Of a stretch of DNA of 64,000 nucleotides, positions 39,293-48,963 are shown in pieces. Every line of letters starts with the position of its first letter. Positions within the stretch are counted from its first letter, which is position 1. Made by a program: the position numbers and the translations under genes. The DNA is taken from assembly GCA_039804105.1 (NCBI GenBank), contig JBDRZU010000001.1, forward strand, positions 288,001 through 352,000, read 5' to 3'. A model generated the notes under the pieces. That model did not search any database. It saw only the letters and a list, made by a program, of their open reading frames with translations, and was not told the DNA's origin. This DNA is from a candidate division WOR-3 bacterium (lineage in GTDB: Bacteria; Hydrothermota; 32-111).

Positions 39293-40897
39293 TTATCTTA
39301 CATAAAATAGAAAATTTTTCTTAATAATTTTGTTTTCACTTTTTAGTTCAAAGTATAGGATGTAAAGACCAGGGTGTAAATGTGAGTTCAAATTTTTGAT
39401 ATAAAGATTTTCGTGTGAGGAACTGATCCAATCTATATAAGGGGAATAGATCTCTTTTCCCATCTGATCAAAAATTTTTATGTTTAAAGTCGCTTTATAC
39501 ATATCAGTTTTATAATTTATAAAAAGTACTGGACTATTTTTATCAATTATTTTTGGAAAAACAGAAATCGAATCTTCAATCACAGGAAATGTACAGGAAA
39601 TTGAATTTTTGAATGAAGGAGTTGCGTTCAAATAACTGATGCTGTTATCCCAGTTATCCTTTCTATAACCTTCAACAAGATAGTTGATTCTTTCAATCGA
39701 AGAAGTTTTATTTTCAAAACCTCTTATAACAGAATCGAGTGTAAAATTTAGATATTTTAAAACAAATGTGTCTTCTCGATCAGGTAAAGAAAAAAGTTTC
39801 GTCTGAAATATGTTCATTTTTATATATGGAAAATAAGTTTTTAATGTGAGCGAATCCGAAGTTATCACAAGATATGAATCTTTTGGAATTACTCCGTTTT
39901 TCAAAACAACCGAATCATTTAATGTTGACAAAGTTAAATTTTCAAAATTGAAGTCAATTTTATAAGGATTATAGACCTCAAGCCACTCAAACCCTTTCAC
40001 CATAAACTCATTCAAACTTATTGAACCTGGATTAATATCTCCACCATATATATATGTTCTTTTTTGTTTTTCTCCAAGAGTACAAAAATTGAATATTCTT
40101 TCATTTTCAGGAAGTTCTATCTTTTCATAATTTTCATCTATAACAAAACTATCTATAAAATTTTCATACTCAACTATAAGTTTATCATCTTTAAAATCTC
40201 CAGAAAAATAAACTAAAAAAAATTTTTTTGAATTTTCTTCAACAAGTTTAAAAGAATCAATTATTGCTCCTGAAATAAATATAGAATTTTTTCTTCCTAT
40301 TGTATTTCCCGTTGAATCGAGTGATTCAGAATAGTAGATTTTTCCATCAGGAAAAACAGGATTCTTTTTTTCGAAAGAATAACCATCCTTTGTCTGATAA
40401 GGGAAAGAGTCGTCTACAGATGGTGTTCCATAAGTATCTATTAAATTATTGTTTTTATCATATAGGTAAAGTGAAGTCGAGGAAGTTAGCCCAGTTGTTC
40501 CAAATGTTGTATTTGAAATTGTAAAAACATAAGCAGAATCAGGAATTTTGTAAATCATATAATTAACACTGTCCCCTATCTGTGAATACTCTGGATCAAG
40601 AATAACAACATATGAGTAAGGCGGAACGAGAGATTCTCCAACTATACCACCAGGATATTTTAAACTATCAGGATAAAGAATTATGTAATCTTTTGAAGAA
40701 CCATCAAAAAAATAATAATTCAATATGTTAACACTATCTGATGAATTATTGTAAAGTTCAATGAATTCATTTCTATCGCCAGGTGAACCAATACCAGATT
40801 CATTCCCTTTGACATTGAACATTACCTCATTGAAAACAACTTTTGAACTCAACAAATGAAAATAGAAAAAAATTATGGTAATAAAAATAAATCTCAT
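39293..40897 (-). CDS. Secreted lamin-tail-domain protein with a CTD-like C-terminus
   Basis: Signal peptide; VVFNEVMFN...NEFIELYN; second LTD LNEFM...EWLEVYN, ATPS.KNS; C-terminal KIFDQMGKEI...PGLYIL. Confidence 0.7.
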   Translation of the reverse strand: MRFIFITIIFFYFHLLSSKVVFNEVMFNVKGNESGIGSPGDRNEFIELYNNSSDSVNILNYYFFDGSSKDYIILYPDSLKYPGGIVGESLVPPYSYVVILDPEYSQIGDSVNYMIYKIPDSAYVFTISNTTFGTTGLTSSTSLYLYDKNNNLIDTYGTPSVDDSFPYQTKDGYSFEKKNPVFPDGKIYYSESLDSTGNTIGRKNSIFISGAIIDSFKLVEENSKKFFLVYFSGDFKDDKLIVEYENFIDSFVIDENYEKIELPENERIFNFCTLGEKQKRTYIYGGDINPGSISLNEFMVKGFEWLEVYNPYKIDFNFENLTLSTLNDSVVLKNGVIPKDSYLVITSDSLTLKTYFPYIKMNIFQTKLFSLPDREDTFVLKYLNFTLDSVIRGFENKTSSIERINYLVEGYRKDNWDNSISYLNATPSFKNSISCTFPVIEDSISVFPKIIDKNSPVLFINYKTDMYKATLNIKIFDQMGKEIYSPYIDWISSSHENLYIKNLNSHLHPGLYILYFELKSENKIIKKNFLFYVR

Positions 40898-40907
40898 ATT
40901 CAAAAAA

Positions 40908-40935
40908 ATTATATAAAATATTTTAGGGATTTCAA
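40908..40935 (-). promoter_or_regulatory. Putative sigma70 promoter whose -35 overlaps the upstream hairpin
   Basis: TTGAAA-N16-TATAAT. Confidence 0.5.
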
Positions 40936-40958
40936 GGTGGGATTTTTCCCACCTTGAA
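40931..40958. terminator. 12-bp stem-loop downstream of the C25 peptidase gene (no clear U-tract)
   Basis: TTCAAGGTGGGA-TTTT-TCCCACCTTGAA. Confidence 0.6.
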
Positions 40959-40969
40959 CAACTATTGAA

Positions 40970-43609
40970 CTATTTAACTATAACTATTTTTTTATTTTCA
41001 AGATTATCCGCTTTAATAATATAGAAACCAGAAGAAAGATTTGATAGATCAAGAAGTGCAGAAGTTTTGTTTATAGAATATTCTTTTACTTTTTGACCTG
41101 AAACATTGTATATTATAAGATTTTCAATGTTGGACAAATAAAGTTTGTTTTCATAAAACTGAACAGTTTTTTTTGCATCAATTATCAATGGAAGTTTGTA
41201 TTCTGTTTTATTTCCTGACAAATAATACACTTCAAGTTTATACTCTATCTTTTTGGTTTCATTTGAAAGTAAAAGATCTTTAAATTCGTTTTTAGTATTT
41301 TCAAGAGTTGCTATCTCTTTATTGTTTTTATAAACTTTATATTTATCAACCAAAACTGGATTTGAAACATTCCAGTTTAATATCACTTTTCCATTTTCAA
41401 CTTTTCCAGTGAATGAAATTTCAGCAAGTTCTGTTGCCTGATTTACAGTTACTGTTCCCATATATGGGATATAGTCCTGTTTTGAAACTGTGAGAAAAGC
41501 ATTTCCGGTTTTTGTATAATTTGTAATTATTGTTGCTTTACCTGTTGCATCCGTTGTGGTAACAATCTGAAGAGCTGGAGTTTCGAGAGTATCATAAAGA
41601 CATACTGTTGCACCACTGACAACTGCTTTTGTGTTGTCAGTAACGGTAACTGTAATGGTATCAGTTCTTGTTTGAACAGAAGCGTCATGGGAAACAATTA
41701 AATTTTTCGGTATTTTTGTCCATATCCTAACAGCAGGATCACCAAGGATATTCATCAGATAATTTTCTAATCTAAAATATGTTACAGTTCCAGCATATGT
41801 TTCCATATAAAGCTTTCCATAATTTGTGACTTTACCAAGAGTTCTATCAGGCATCACATTGTTATAATTTGCAAATGCCCTTCCAATTCCAAGAGACATC
41901 GAATCATTATAATAAGAAAGAGAAACATTTGTTGCTCCAAAATATCCAACTCCACCATTCGTAGCAGAAAGATGTGTCCAGTAGTCCCCCATAGAGTTGG
42001 TATCATTAGGATATGCATAGTTCCCAGCAAGACAGGTTGGTGCAAAAACAAAACCACCCATATAACCATTTGCTCTTAATGCAATATCCTCATTAGTATA
42101 AAGATCTTTGTAATTCTGGTTAGCACCACCCATCCATCCAAAACCCTTTCCATCATCACTATCACCATCATAACCTTCAGCACCATGTCCTCTGAAAAGA
42201 ATGAAATTCTGGCCATCATTTATTGAATCTGAAACTGTTGCCCTTCCTGGACTCCATGTCGCTGTCTCAATCAAAGAATCCCAATCAGTCCATCCATAAG
42301 GTTTTAAATAATTTTTCCATACTCTTGTTGCTGTTGTATCAAAAATTCTACCAGATTCATATCCTCCAACACCAACATAGGTTGTAAACCAATCTGTGTT
42401 TCCAGTGAGTTGAGGATTGGTCTCATATTTTATTGTTTTATTCACAATATTGTTTAAAGTTATTGTATCTTTAACATTAAATCTTGATATATATGCATCA
42501 GGATAATAGTTCGTATCATTCAAACATGCAAACCAATGGTCATTAGGGATATAACCTGCTTTTATTCCATAATTATATACAGATCTAAAATCTTTCCAAA
42601 GAGGTCTCATAACAACCCAGCTTTCAGATGGTGTTCTTGTTGAATCAGCATCACCAACAATAAGAATATAAACTGGTTTAACAGACCAGTTATTGTAGGC
42701 ATACTGTATAGAATCTTTAATTAAAATTGAAGAAGAATAATTTGGAAGATGCATTATTACAGGATTATATCCTAACTTTGCCTTATATGTAGCAAAAGTT
42801 TTTATCTTTGTACTTAAAGTTGTTCCACCAACAACTATCAAATAATCACCAGGCGCTGAAAAATTATCGCCTTTTTGAGATTTTTTTATTTCTTGAATCC
42901 TTTTACTTCTTTCTTCAAGTGTTTCAATCTTTTTGAATTTTAAAACAGCATCAAAATTGCTTAAAAATTCTCTATATAATGGAACAAACTCTTCTGTAAG
43001 AAAAGGAGAATTTGTTAGAGGATTGGTTGATTTAGAATTATTTACAAAAAATAAAATTCTTGCCCTTTTTATTAGTTTTAACTTTTTTGTAACAGGATTA
43101 TATCTAAAAGGAGTAAAATAAACTTTTGAAAATCTCACATCTCTTATTCCCGTTGGATCCAAAATAGTTATGTTATTTGAAGGATAAAATTGATTCAAAC
43201 TATAAAAATAATCATCCTTTACAAATTCTGGTTTGAAACCTGGGATATCAAAAACTGGTGGTTGGAACGGTTTTATATTGAAATTTTCTGCAACTTCAAT
43301 TTCTTCAATAATTTCAATCTTGTAATCAAGATCACCCTCATCTGGTAAAGCAATATTTTTCACAATAAAAGGCAAAGAAGGATAACCCTCCTGAAAACTA
43401 AACTGATCAAATCCATCAATTTTCAAGATATCATATAAACCATCTTTTTCAACATAAAATTTGTCAAGTTCAAATTCAAAAGTAGATTTATAAATATCTA
43501 TTGCATTGTATAAATTTGTTTTAGTTTCACTCACATTATAAACAGTCATATTTGCATTAAGAGAAAAAACTGTTAGAAAAATTAAAAATGATAAAACAAA
43601 TTTTTTCAA
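40970..43609 (-). CDS. C25 family (gingipain-like) cysteine peptidase with propeptide and T9SS-like CTD
   Basis: Propeptide (G.PSLP, IRDVR, PFRYNPV), YILIVGD, D..ISRF, IKYE, catalytic FRGHG and APTCLAG, NILGDP; C-terminal IYNVSGQKV...LSSGFYII; TTG start with AGGAGG SD. Confidence 0.9.
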   Translation of the reverse strand: MKKFVLSFLIFLTVFSLNANMTVYNVSETKTNLYNAIDIYKSTFEFELDKFYVEKDGLYDILKIDGFDQFSFQEGYPSLPFIVKNIALPDEGDLDYKIEIIEEIEVAENFNIKPFQPPVFDIPGFKPEFVKDDYFYSLNQFYPSNNITILDPTGIRDVRFSKVYFTPFRYNPVTKKLKLIKRARILFFVNNSKSTNPLTNSPFLTEEFVPLYREFLSNFDAVLKFKKIETLEERSKRIQEIKKSQKGDNFSAPGDYLIVVGGTTLSTKIKTFATYKAKLGYNPVIMHLPNYSSSILIKDSIQYAYNNWSVKPVYILIVGDADSTRTPSESWVVMRPLWKDFRSVYNYGIKAGYIPNDHWFACLNDTNYYPDAYISRFNVKDTITLNNIVNKTIKYETNPQLTGNTDWFTTYVGVGGYESGRIFDTTATRVWKNYLKPYGWTDWDSLIETATWSPGRATVSDSINDGQNFILFRGHGAEGYDGDSDDGKGFGWMGGANQNYKDLYTNEDIALRANGYMGGFVFAPTCLAGNYAYPNDTNSMGDYWTHLSATNGGVGYFGATNVSLSYYNDSMSLGIGRAFANYNNVMPDRTLGKVTNYGKLYMETYAGTVTYFRLENYLMNILGDPAVRIWTKIPKNLIVSHDASVQTRTDTITVTVTDNTKAVVSGATVCLYDTLETPALQIVTTTDATGKATIITNYTKTGNAFLTVSKQDYIPYMGTVTVNQATELAEISFTGKVENGKVILNWNVSNPVLVDKYKVYKNNKEIATLENTKNEFKDLLLSNETKKIEYKLEVYYLSGNKTEYKLPLIIDAKKTVQFYENKLYLSNIENLIIYNVSGQKVKEYSINKTSALLDLSNLSSGFYIIKADNLENKKIVIVK

Positions 43610-43634
43610 AACTCCTCCTTTTTTTTCTTTAGGA

Positions 43635-43662
43635 TTGCATAAATTATACCAATGTGTATAAT
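43635..43662 (+). promoter_or_regulatory. Possible plus-strand sigma70 promoter, overlapping a minus-strand extended -10 (TGGTATAAT, 43643-43651)
   Basis: TTGCAT-N16-TATAAT. Confidence 0.35.
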
Positions 43663-43760
43663 AAACTATAAAAATATAAAAAGTTAAATAAAAAAATAAA
43701 AATATATTTTTTATACCGTGAAAAAAATTGCTTATTTTAAATTTAAATTATGAATTTTTT

Positions 43761-43793
43761 GCACCGGGGAGAGGATATCCCCGGTGCTTTTTT
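43761..43793 (+). terminator. GC-rich stem-loop just downstream of the S8 gene, with its U-tract on the plus strand
   Basis: GCACCGGGGA-GAGGATA-TCCCCGGTGC-TTTTTT. Confidence 0.65.
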
Positions 43794-43796
43794 AAT

Positions 43797-46700
43797 CTAT
43801 TTTATGAATACAAATCTTTCTTTTAGAATTTCATTACCTGCATTAACTTTTACAAAATAGACACCTTTTGAAAGATTATCAACTTTATAGTTGTAGACAC
43901 CTTCGTTTAAAACCCCATTATATAAAGTTGACACTTTTCTTCCCATCAGATCAAAGATTTCTATTGAAACTTTTTGAGTTCCACCATTTGAAAATCTTAT
44001 CGATACATTTTCACTATCAACCATCTTTCTTATAGATAAACTTGTTGTGAGTTTGTTTACAAAAACTGTTGTTGCATCTGAATAAACGATCTGATCGTTA
44101 ACTTTGAACCCAACTTTATATATATGCGTTCCAGTAGACACATTTTCATCAACAAAAGTCATGTTATCTTTACCAAGGACTGTTCCAATAATCGCGTTGT
44201 CTCTTACAACTATCCAATTTTTAACAGTTTCATTATTAGAACTCCATTTCAACACAACATCCTTTCCAGAAACTGTTGCAACTAAAGAAGTTGACATTAT
44301 TCCTGTATTTGTTGGCATTATCAATGTTACTGGTAATCTGACTGTTACTGCTTTTGATATATCTGCTGAAGTTGCAATCAAAAGAGTATCATAATATGTT
44401 GTTCCATAAGAAAGACCTGCTGTATCAACAAGAACTGTGACCCCCAAAGAATCTCCAACATTAACAGTTCCAGTTGTAGGAGTTATTGAAACTATCCATG
44501 AAGAGTTCTTTGCTTTTGTTATTCCTGTAACATCAAATGGCAGAACTGAACCTGAATCAGTGTTTTTGACATAGAATGTTCCAGAACCTGCTGGTGTTTG
44601 AGGATATTCGATTTCAGCTCTTATTATAAGATCACCATCAGGAGACATGTTTGTCCATGGACCTGTAACTGTTGAAGCATAGTAAGAATATGTTCCACCA
44701 ATAGTATCTGAAAGCATAAATGATCTTCTGTTTGGTGGTGTAGTCGAAGCGTTTGTTACTGCATAAACACCTATCCAAAATGTTCCGTTAAGATATACCG
44801 CTGTTGGAACAGTTGCTCTAAATATTTGAGCTGCACCACCTGTAGTTAGGCCGGAAGCTGTATATTTCCCAAGTAGTGTTCCTGGAACTCCAGCATTGTC
44901 TGCCCAGACATAGAGTGTATCAGTTCTTGCAAGACCACTTTCAATCATTCTACCCCACCAGATAGCCCTCAAAGAGCAACCTTGTGCAACTGAGAATTTA
45001 TTTGCAAAATAACTCACTCCATACCAACCAGCAGCACCTTCAGTTTCTGCATCATCCCACTTTAATGTATCCCAGATACCTTTTGAATTTATCACTTTTT
45101 CTGACAAATTGACAAATTTTATGTCTTTATAATAGTCCCCCATATATATATTCTTAGTAGTTTGAGTATTTATAGAAAGCACTTCAGTTGTAGATTTTTT
45201 CGTTGAGAAATCGAAAACAAGTTGTGATGTTGAAAGTGATGCAATCTTTACTCCTGTGACAGTTAAAGTGAACGCTGAAGTATCAACTTTACTTCCATAT
45301 GAAACAAAGAGTGTACATGGAATACTTGTTCCATCAGGAGTATTGTTTGCAATCTGGAATCTATATACTGAATATGTTGAATCACCATTTGCAAGAGTTC
45401 CATATGTTCCTGTTGAATCAAGGTTTGTTACATAAGGTGAACCTTCTCTTAATTTTGCTGTTATATTGCTCTGTGAAGAACCTGTATTGTTAACTACCCA
45501 TATATTCATATCAGTTGTTTCACCGTTGTTCAATTTTCCATCAACAAGAACCGCAGTTGGTGAATCAAGAATAACTGACTTCTTGTAAAGAATTTTTCCA
45601 GCAGGTGCTGTTGTTACAAAATCACCTGTTGCGACAAGAGCATATGGCTGTGGTCCATTTGGAACATTCGCTGCTGTTACTCTAATTGTTATTGTTGAAT
45701 TTGGTATCGGATCAAGCCAGACAACCTCTGTAACATTTTCAACATCAGCAGAACCACCAGTTACTGATCTTGCATTCGTCCCAAAAACATTACCAAGATA
45801 TGTGTTTCCACCTGCAATTACTGTTAAATTAAGATTATTGACAACAAGAGGATCAGCACCAACTGCTGCTGGATAGTCAGTCCAACAAAGGACAATTTTT
45901 ATATATTCAGTTGTTGAAGGACCAGTATTTATAGTATATTCATGGTATTGACCTGCTGCAGTAAATCCTGATGTAATATCCCAGACCTTTAAATCTCTAA
46001 CATCACCGGCAAAATATATAGCATCATCTGTAACGATTCTACCCCAACCTTGTCCCTGGGAAGGAGCGTTTTGAGTTCCTGAATTGTTTATTGTACTGAT
46101 TGAATATGCACCAGGAGAGTTTCTTGTTGAGTTAATCAGAACAGCTTTAATCAAAGCAGCGGAAGGTGTAAACGCATCAGCGGCATTCTTTGTTCCTGAT
46201 GGATACCATCCTTCTGTGAAATATTGCCTTACAAGAGCAGCAAAACCTGCAACTGTTGGGGTTGACATCGATGTTCCACCCATATATGTAATTCCAGCAT
46301 TGTTGGATGCCAAATTTCCATCAGAATCAACAGACCAGATGTACCACCCACCTGTTCCACACAGATCTGGTCTCATCATTCCTTCTCTTGTAGGACCATG
46401 TGAAGAAAACTCTGCAACATCAAGAAGTTCGTTTCTCGTTGCTGTTCCATTCACAGACCAGGTTGTTGAACCTGAACCAAAACCCGACTCTGTTGCTCCA
46501 ACACAGACAATATTTTTCGCTGTTGCCGGAGTGTTAACAGAATCTCGATCAAGGTTTGAGTTACCAGCTGATCTAAACATCAAAAAATCTTTTTTATCCC
46601 AAGCACATGAATCTATTTGCTGAGCATTCAAAGTATATGAACTATAACCACCAGATGATTGTCCCCATGAAGAAGTATGAATCCTTGCACCAGCATTGTA

Positions 46701-47834
46701 AGCCCACTGATATATATCCTGATAATTTGTTGGTAAAACTAAACCATCAGAAGAATTACCAATATCTGTAAAAGCAAGTTTTGCAAGAGGAGCCATTCCC
46801 ATAACTCTTGCATAAGCAGTTACTGATGGAAGACCTGAATTCATTGAATCTGCAGCAACTGAACCACTAGTATGGGAACCATGACCAGAAGAGTTAAGAT
46901 CAAAAGTATCAGCATGAACATTGTAAGCAACTATTTTTCTATGTGTTCCAATTGTTTCACAAACTCTATCCTTATCTTTATCATAAACAGGTTTTGTGCC
47001 TGAAGGATCTCTAAAATAGATGTTATCCCAATCGCAACCAGTATCATCAACTCCAACTATCTGATTTTGACCATAGATTCCTTTCGCATAGAACGGCAAA
47101 CGAGCTGAATCGGCTGCTGTTGAAATTGTCAATTGTGATTTCCACGAATCTGCTGCTGCTTTCATATTCAATGTATCAAATGTCTGTAAAATCCACCTTG
47201 ACCATGCATTGTGGAGTTCAACAGGATAATCCCTTTCAACCCAGTATACCTCAACCTGATTTGCAAGATATTTTGCTATATCATTTGCTTTTTCCGCAGG
47301 AACTGAGATTTTGACTGGATTTGGACCAGCAAGTATTGTAACATCAGAAAGATTTTTCAATTTTGAATGGAAAAGTTCAACATCTTCTCCTGCAAATAAT
47401 CCAACAAGAAGATTAACCTTTCCAGGAAGATCACCTTTTAAAGGTTCCTGTTTATCACTTATTAAATTTGGTGCTATTCTATATGCTGGTTGCCATATTT
47501 GAACAAATTTCACAAACTTTTTACCTTTTATCTGTTCAAAACTCTTGTTTGAAAGTTTGACGATGAAAGCGTTGTCTGGAATATAGTCATATATTTCACC
47601 ACCAAGCTTTCTTATCTCATCTTTGTAACTCTGTCTCACAAGATCGTTGAATTGAACAACATAATAATCATAATCACCTTTTACCTGATTTCTTTCAAGC
47701 CCAAGATTTGCAAATGAAGGCGGTTCGAAATCGGTCGAAAATTTTGCAACTTTTAACCTTATCATACTCTCAGCATAAAAATTAGCAAAGAGTACCAAGA
47801 TTAAAAGAAGAATCGATAATTTTCTTTTCAACAT
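43797..47834 (-). CDS. S8 family serine peptidase (Kp43-like subtilase), multidomain, with T9SS-like CTD
   Basis: Triad D (VDDTG), H (HGSHTSG), S (GTSMSTP); oxyanion AGN; PATAKN, FSS.GP, PSAALIKA.L, QGWG; C-terminal IFDLMGRKV...LSKGVYFVKV. Confidence 0.93.
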   Translation of the reverse strand: MLKRKLSILLLILVLFANFYAESMIRLKVAKFSTDFEPPSFANLGLERNQVKGDYDYYVVQFNDLVRQSYKDEIRKLGGEIYDYIPDNAFIVKLSNKSFEQIKGKKFVKFVQIWQPAYRIAPNLISDKQEPLKGDLPGKVNLLVGLFAGEDVELFHSKLKNLSDVTILAGPNPVKISVPAEKANDIAKYLANQVEVYWVERDYPVELHNAWSRWILQTFDTLNMKAAADSWKSQLTISTAADSARLPFYAKGIYGQNQIVGVDDTGCDWDNIYFRDPSGTKPVYDKDKDRVCETIGTHRKIVAYNVHADTFDLNSSGHGSHTSGSVAADSMNSGLPSVTAYARVMGMAPLAKLAFTDIGNSSDGLVLPTNYQDIYQWAYNAGARIHTSSWGQSSGGYSSYTLNAQQIDSCAWDKKDFLMFRSAGNSNLDRDSVNTPATAKNIVCVGATESGFGSGSTTWSVNGTATRNELLDVAEFSSHGPTREGMMRPDLCGTGGWYIWSVDSDGNLASNNAGITYMGGTSMSTPTVAGFAALVRQYFTEGWYPSGTKNAADAFTPSAALIKAVLINSTRNSPGAYSISTINNSGTQNAPSQGQGWGRIVTDDAIYFAGDVRDLKVWDITSGFTAAGQYHEYTINTGPSTTEYIKIVLCWTDYPAAVGADPLVVNNLNLTVIAGGNTYLGNVFGTNARSVTGGSADVENVTEVVWLDPIPNSTITIRVTAANVPNGPQPYALVATGDFVTTAPAGKILYKKSVILDSPTAVLVDGKLNNGETTDMNIWVVNNTGSSQSNITAKLREGSPYVTNLDSTGTYGTLANGDSTYSVYRFQIANNTPDGTSIPCTLFVSYGSKVDTSAFTLTVTGVKIASLSTSQLVFDFSTKKSTTEVLSINTQTTKNIYMGDYYKDIKFVNLSEKVINSKGIWDTLKWDDAETEGAAGWYGVSYFANKFSVAQGCSLRAIWWGRMIESGLARTDTLYVWADNAGVPGTLLGKYTASGLTTGGAAQIFRATVPTAVYLNGTFWIGVYAVTNASTTPPNRRSFMLSDTIGGTYSYYASTVTGPWTNMSPDGDLIIRAEIEYPQTPAGSGTFYVKNTDSGSVLPFDVTGITKAKNSSWIVSITPTTGTVNVGDSLGVTVLVDTAGLSYGTTYYDTLLIATSADISKAVTVRLPVTLIMPTNTGIMSTSLVATVSGKDVVLKWSSNNETVKNWIVVRDNAIIGTVLGKDNMTFVDENVSTGTHIYKVGFKVNDQIVYSDATTVFVNKLTTSLSIRKMVDSENVSIRFSNGGTQKVSIEIFDLMGRKVSTLYNGVLNEGVYNYKVDNLSKGVYFVKVNAGNEILKERFVFIK

Positions 47835-48015
47835 TTATCCTCCTTTTTCATTATATTTTCATTTTAATTTTAAAATAAACAATTTTTGTTCCATTAATTT
47901 TTTCAAGATTTAATATTTTCATAGTTATAATATAAACTCTTTTTAGAAAAAAAAAAGATGGAAAAATTTGCATTAATTAGATTGGTTATTAATAATCTGG
48001 GAAAATTTTGCACAT

Positions 48016-48963
48016 CTAAATTTTGGGATACCCAAAGTAATTTTCAAAATAAGAAACAATATTTTTCGTCTTCCCTTTCATTAGAAAATTTATTCTTTTT
48101 AAAATTAATAGGGGTAAATTTAACAATATATTAACATACATAAAAAAATCTAATTCTTTACTGAAATTTTTTTGATTAACTATCAAAAATTTTATTGATT
48201 TAACCATTAAATTTAAAGGAAAATGAATAATTACAAAAAAAATTCTATTTCGATTCATAAAATAATCTTTTATTTTATTATTTTTCCAGGAGGAAGAAAA
48301 TTTATGGTAACAAATAGAATTTTCATTATAAAAAATTTTATACTCTGTGAATCTTCTCAGTTTAAAAGAAAAATCGAGGTCTTCATAATATGCTATATAA
48401 AACTTTTCAAAAAAACCTATACTTTTTACTATTTCAGTTCTAACGAACATCGCTCCACCAGAGCCACCAGTAACTTCTCCACTTTCTCTTTTCAAATCTT
48501 TCAAATTTTTTCCAAAATCTCTATCATAAGCATAACCAGTTTTATTTATAACAAGACCAGTTGAGTTAACTTTATTTGGATCATCTAAAAACAAAATCTG
48601 GGGGGTAAAAATTCCCCCCTCTTTGAATCTGTTTGCAAAATTAACCATATTTTCGATGAAATCATTTTTATAAATTATATCGTTGTTAGAAAGTAGTGTA
48701 TATTTAAAATGATTTTTTAAAGCATACGATAAGCCAAAATTGTATGAGGATGTTTTATAATTTTTTGATAATTTTATTATTTCAACATCAGGAAAGTTGT
48801 GGCGAATAAGTTTTAATGAATCATCAAAGGAAGAGTTGTCAACTATAATAATCTTTAAATCTTGATAAGTTTGATCTTTAAGTGATTTGATTGTTTTTAA
48901 AAATAGATTTCCAGTTAAGAGGTTTCCATTATAATTCAAAACAACAGCAAGAACTTTATCCAT
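48016..48963 (-). CDS. Glycosyltransferase family 2 protein
   Basis: VVLNYNG, IIVDNSS.D, LLSNND, GFF...AYYEDLD, CYH..S. Confidence 0.88.
   Translation of the reverse strand: MDKVLAVVLNYNGNLLTGNLFLKTIKSLKDQTYQDLKIIIVDNSSFDDSLKLIRHNFPDVEIIKLSKNYKTSSYNFGLSYALKNHFKYTLLSNNDIIYKNDFIENMVNFANRFKEGGIFTPQILFLDDPNKVNSTGLVINKTGYAYDRDFGKNLKDLKRESGEVTGGSGGAMFVRTEIVKSIGFFEKFYIAYYEDLDFSFKLRRFTEYKIFYNENSICYHKFSSSWKNNKIKDYFMNRNRIFFVIIHFPLNLMVKSIKFLIVNQKNFSKELDFFMYVNILLNLPLLILKRINFLMKGKTKNIVSYFENYFGYPKI

Noticed and set aside
47959..48012. Sigma-54 promoter (GG...TTGC) upstream of the S8 gene
   Set aside because: GG-to-GC spacing is 8-9 nt rather than the required 10, and the orientation is opposite to the gene
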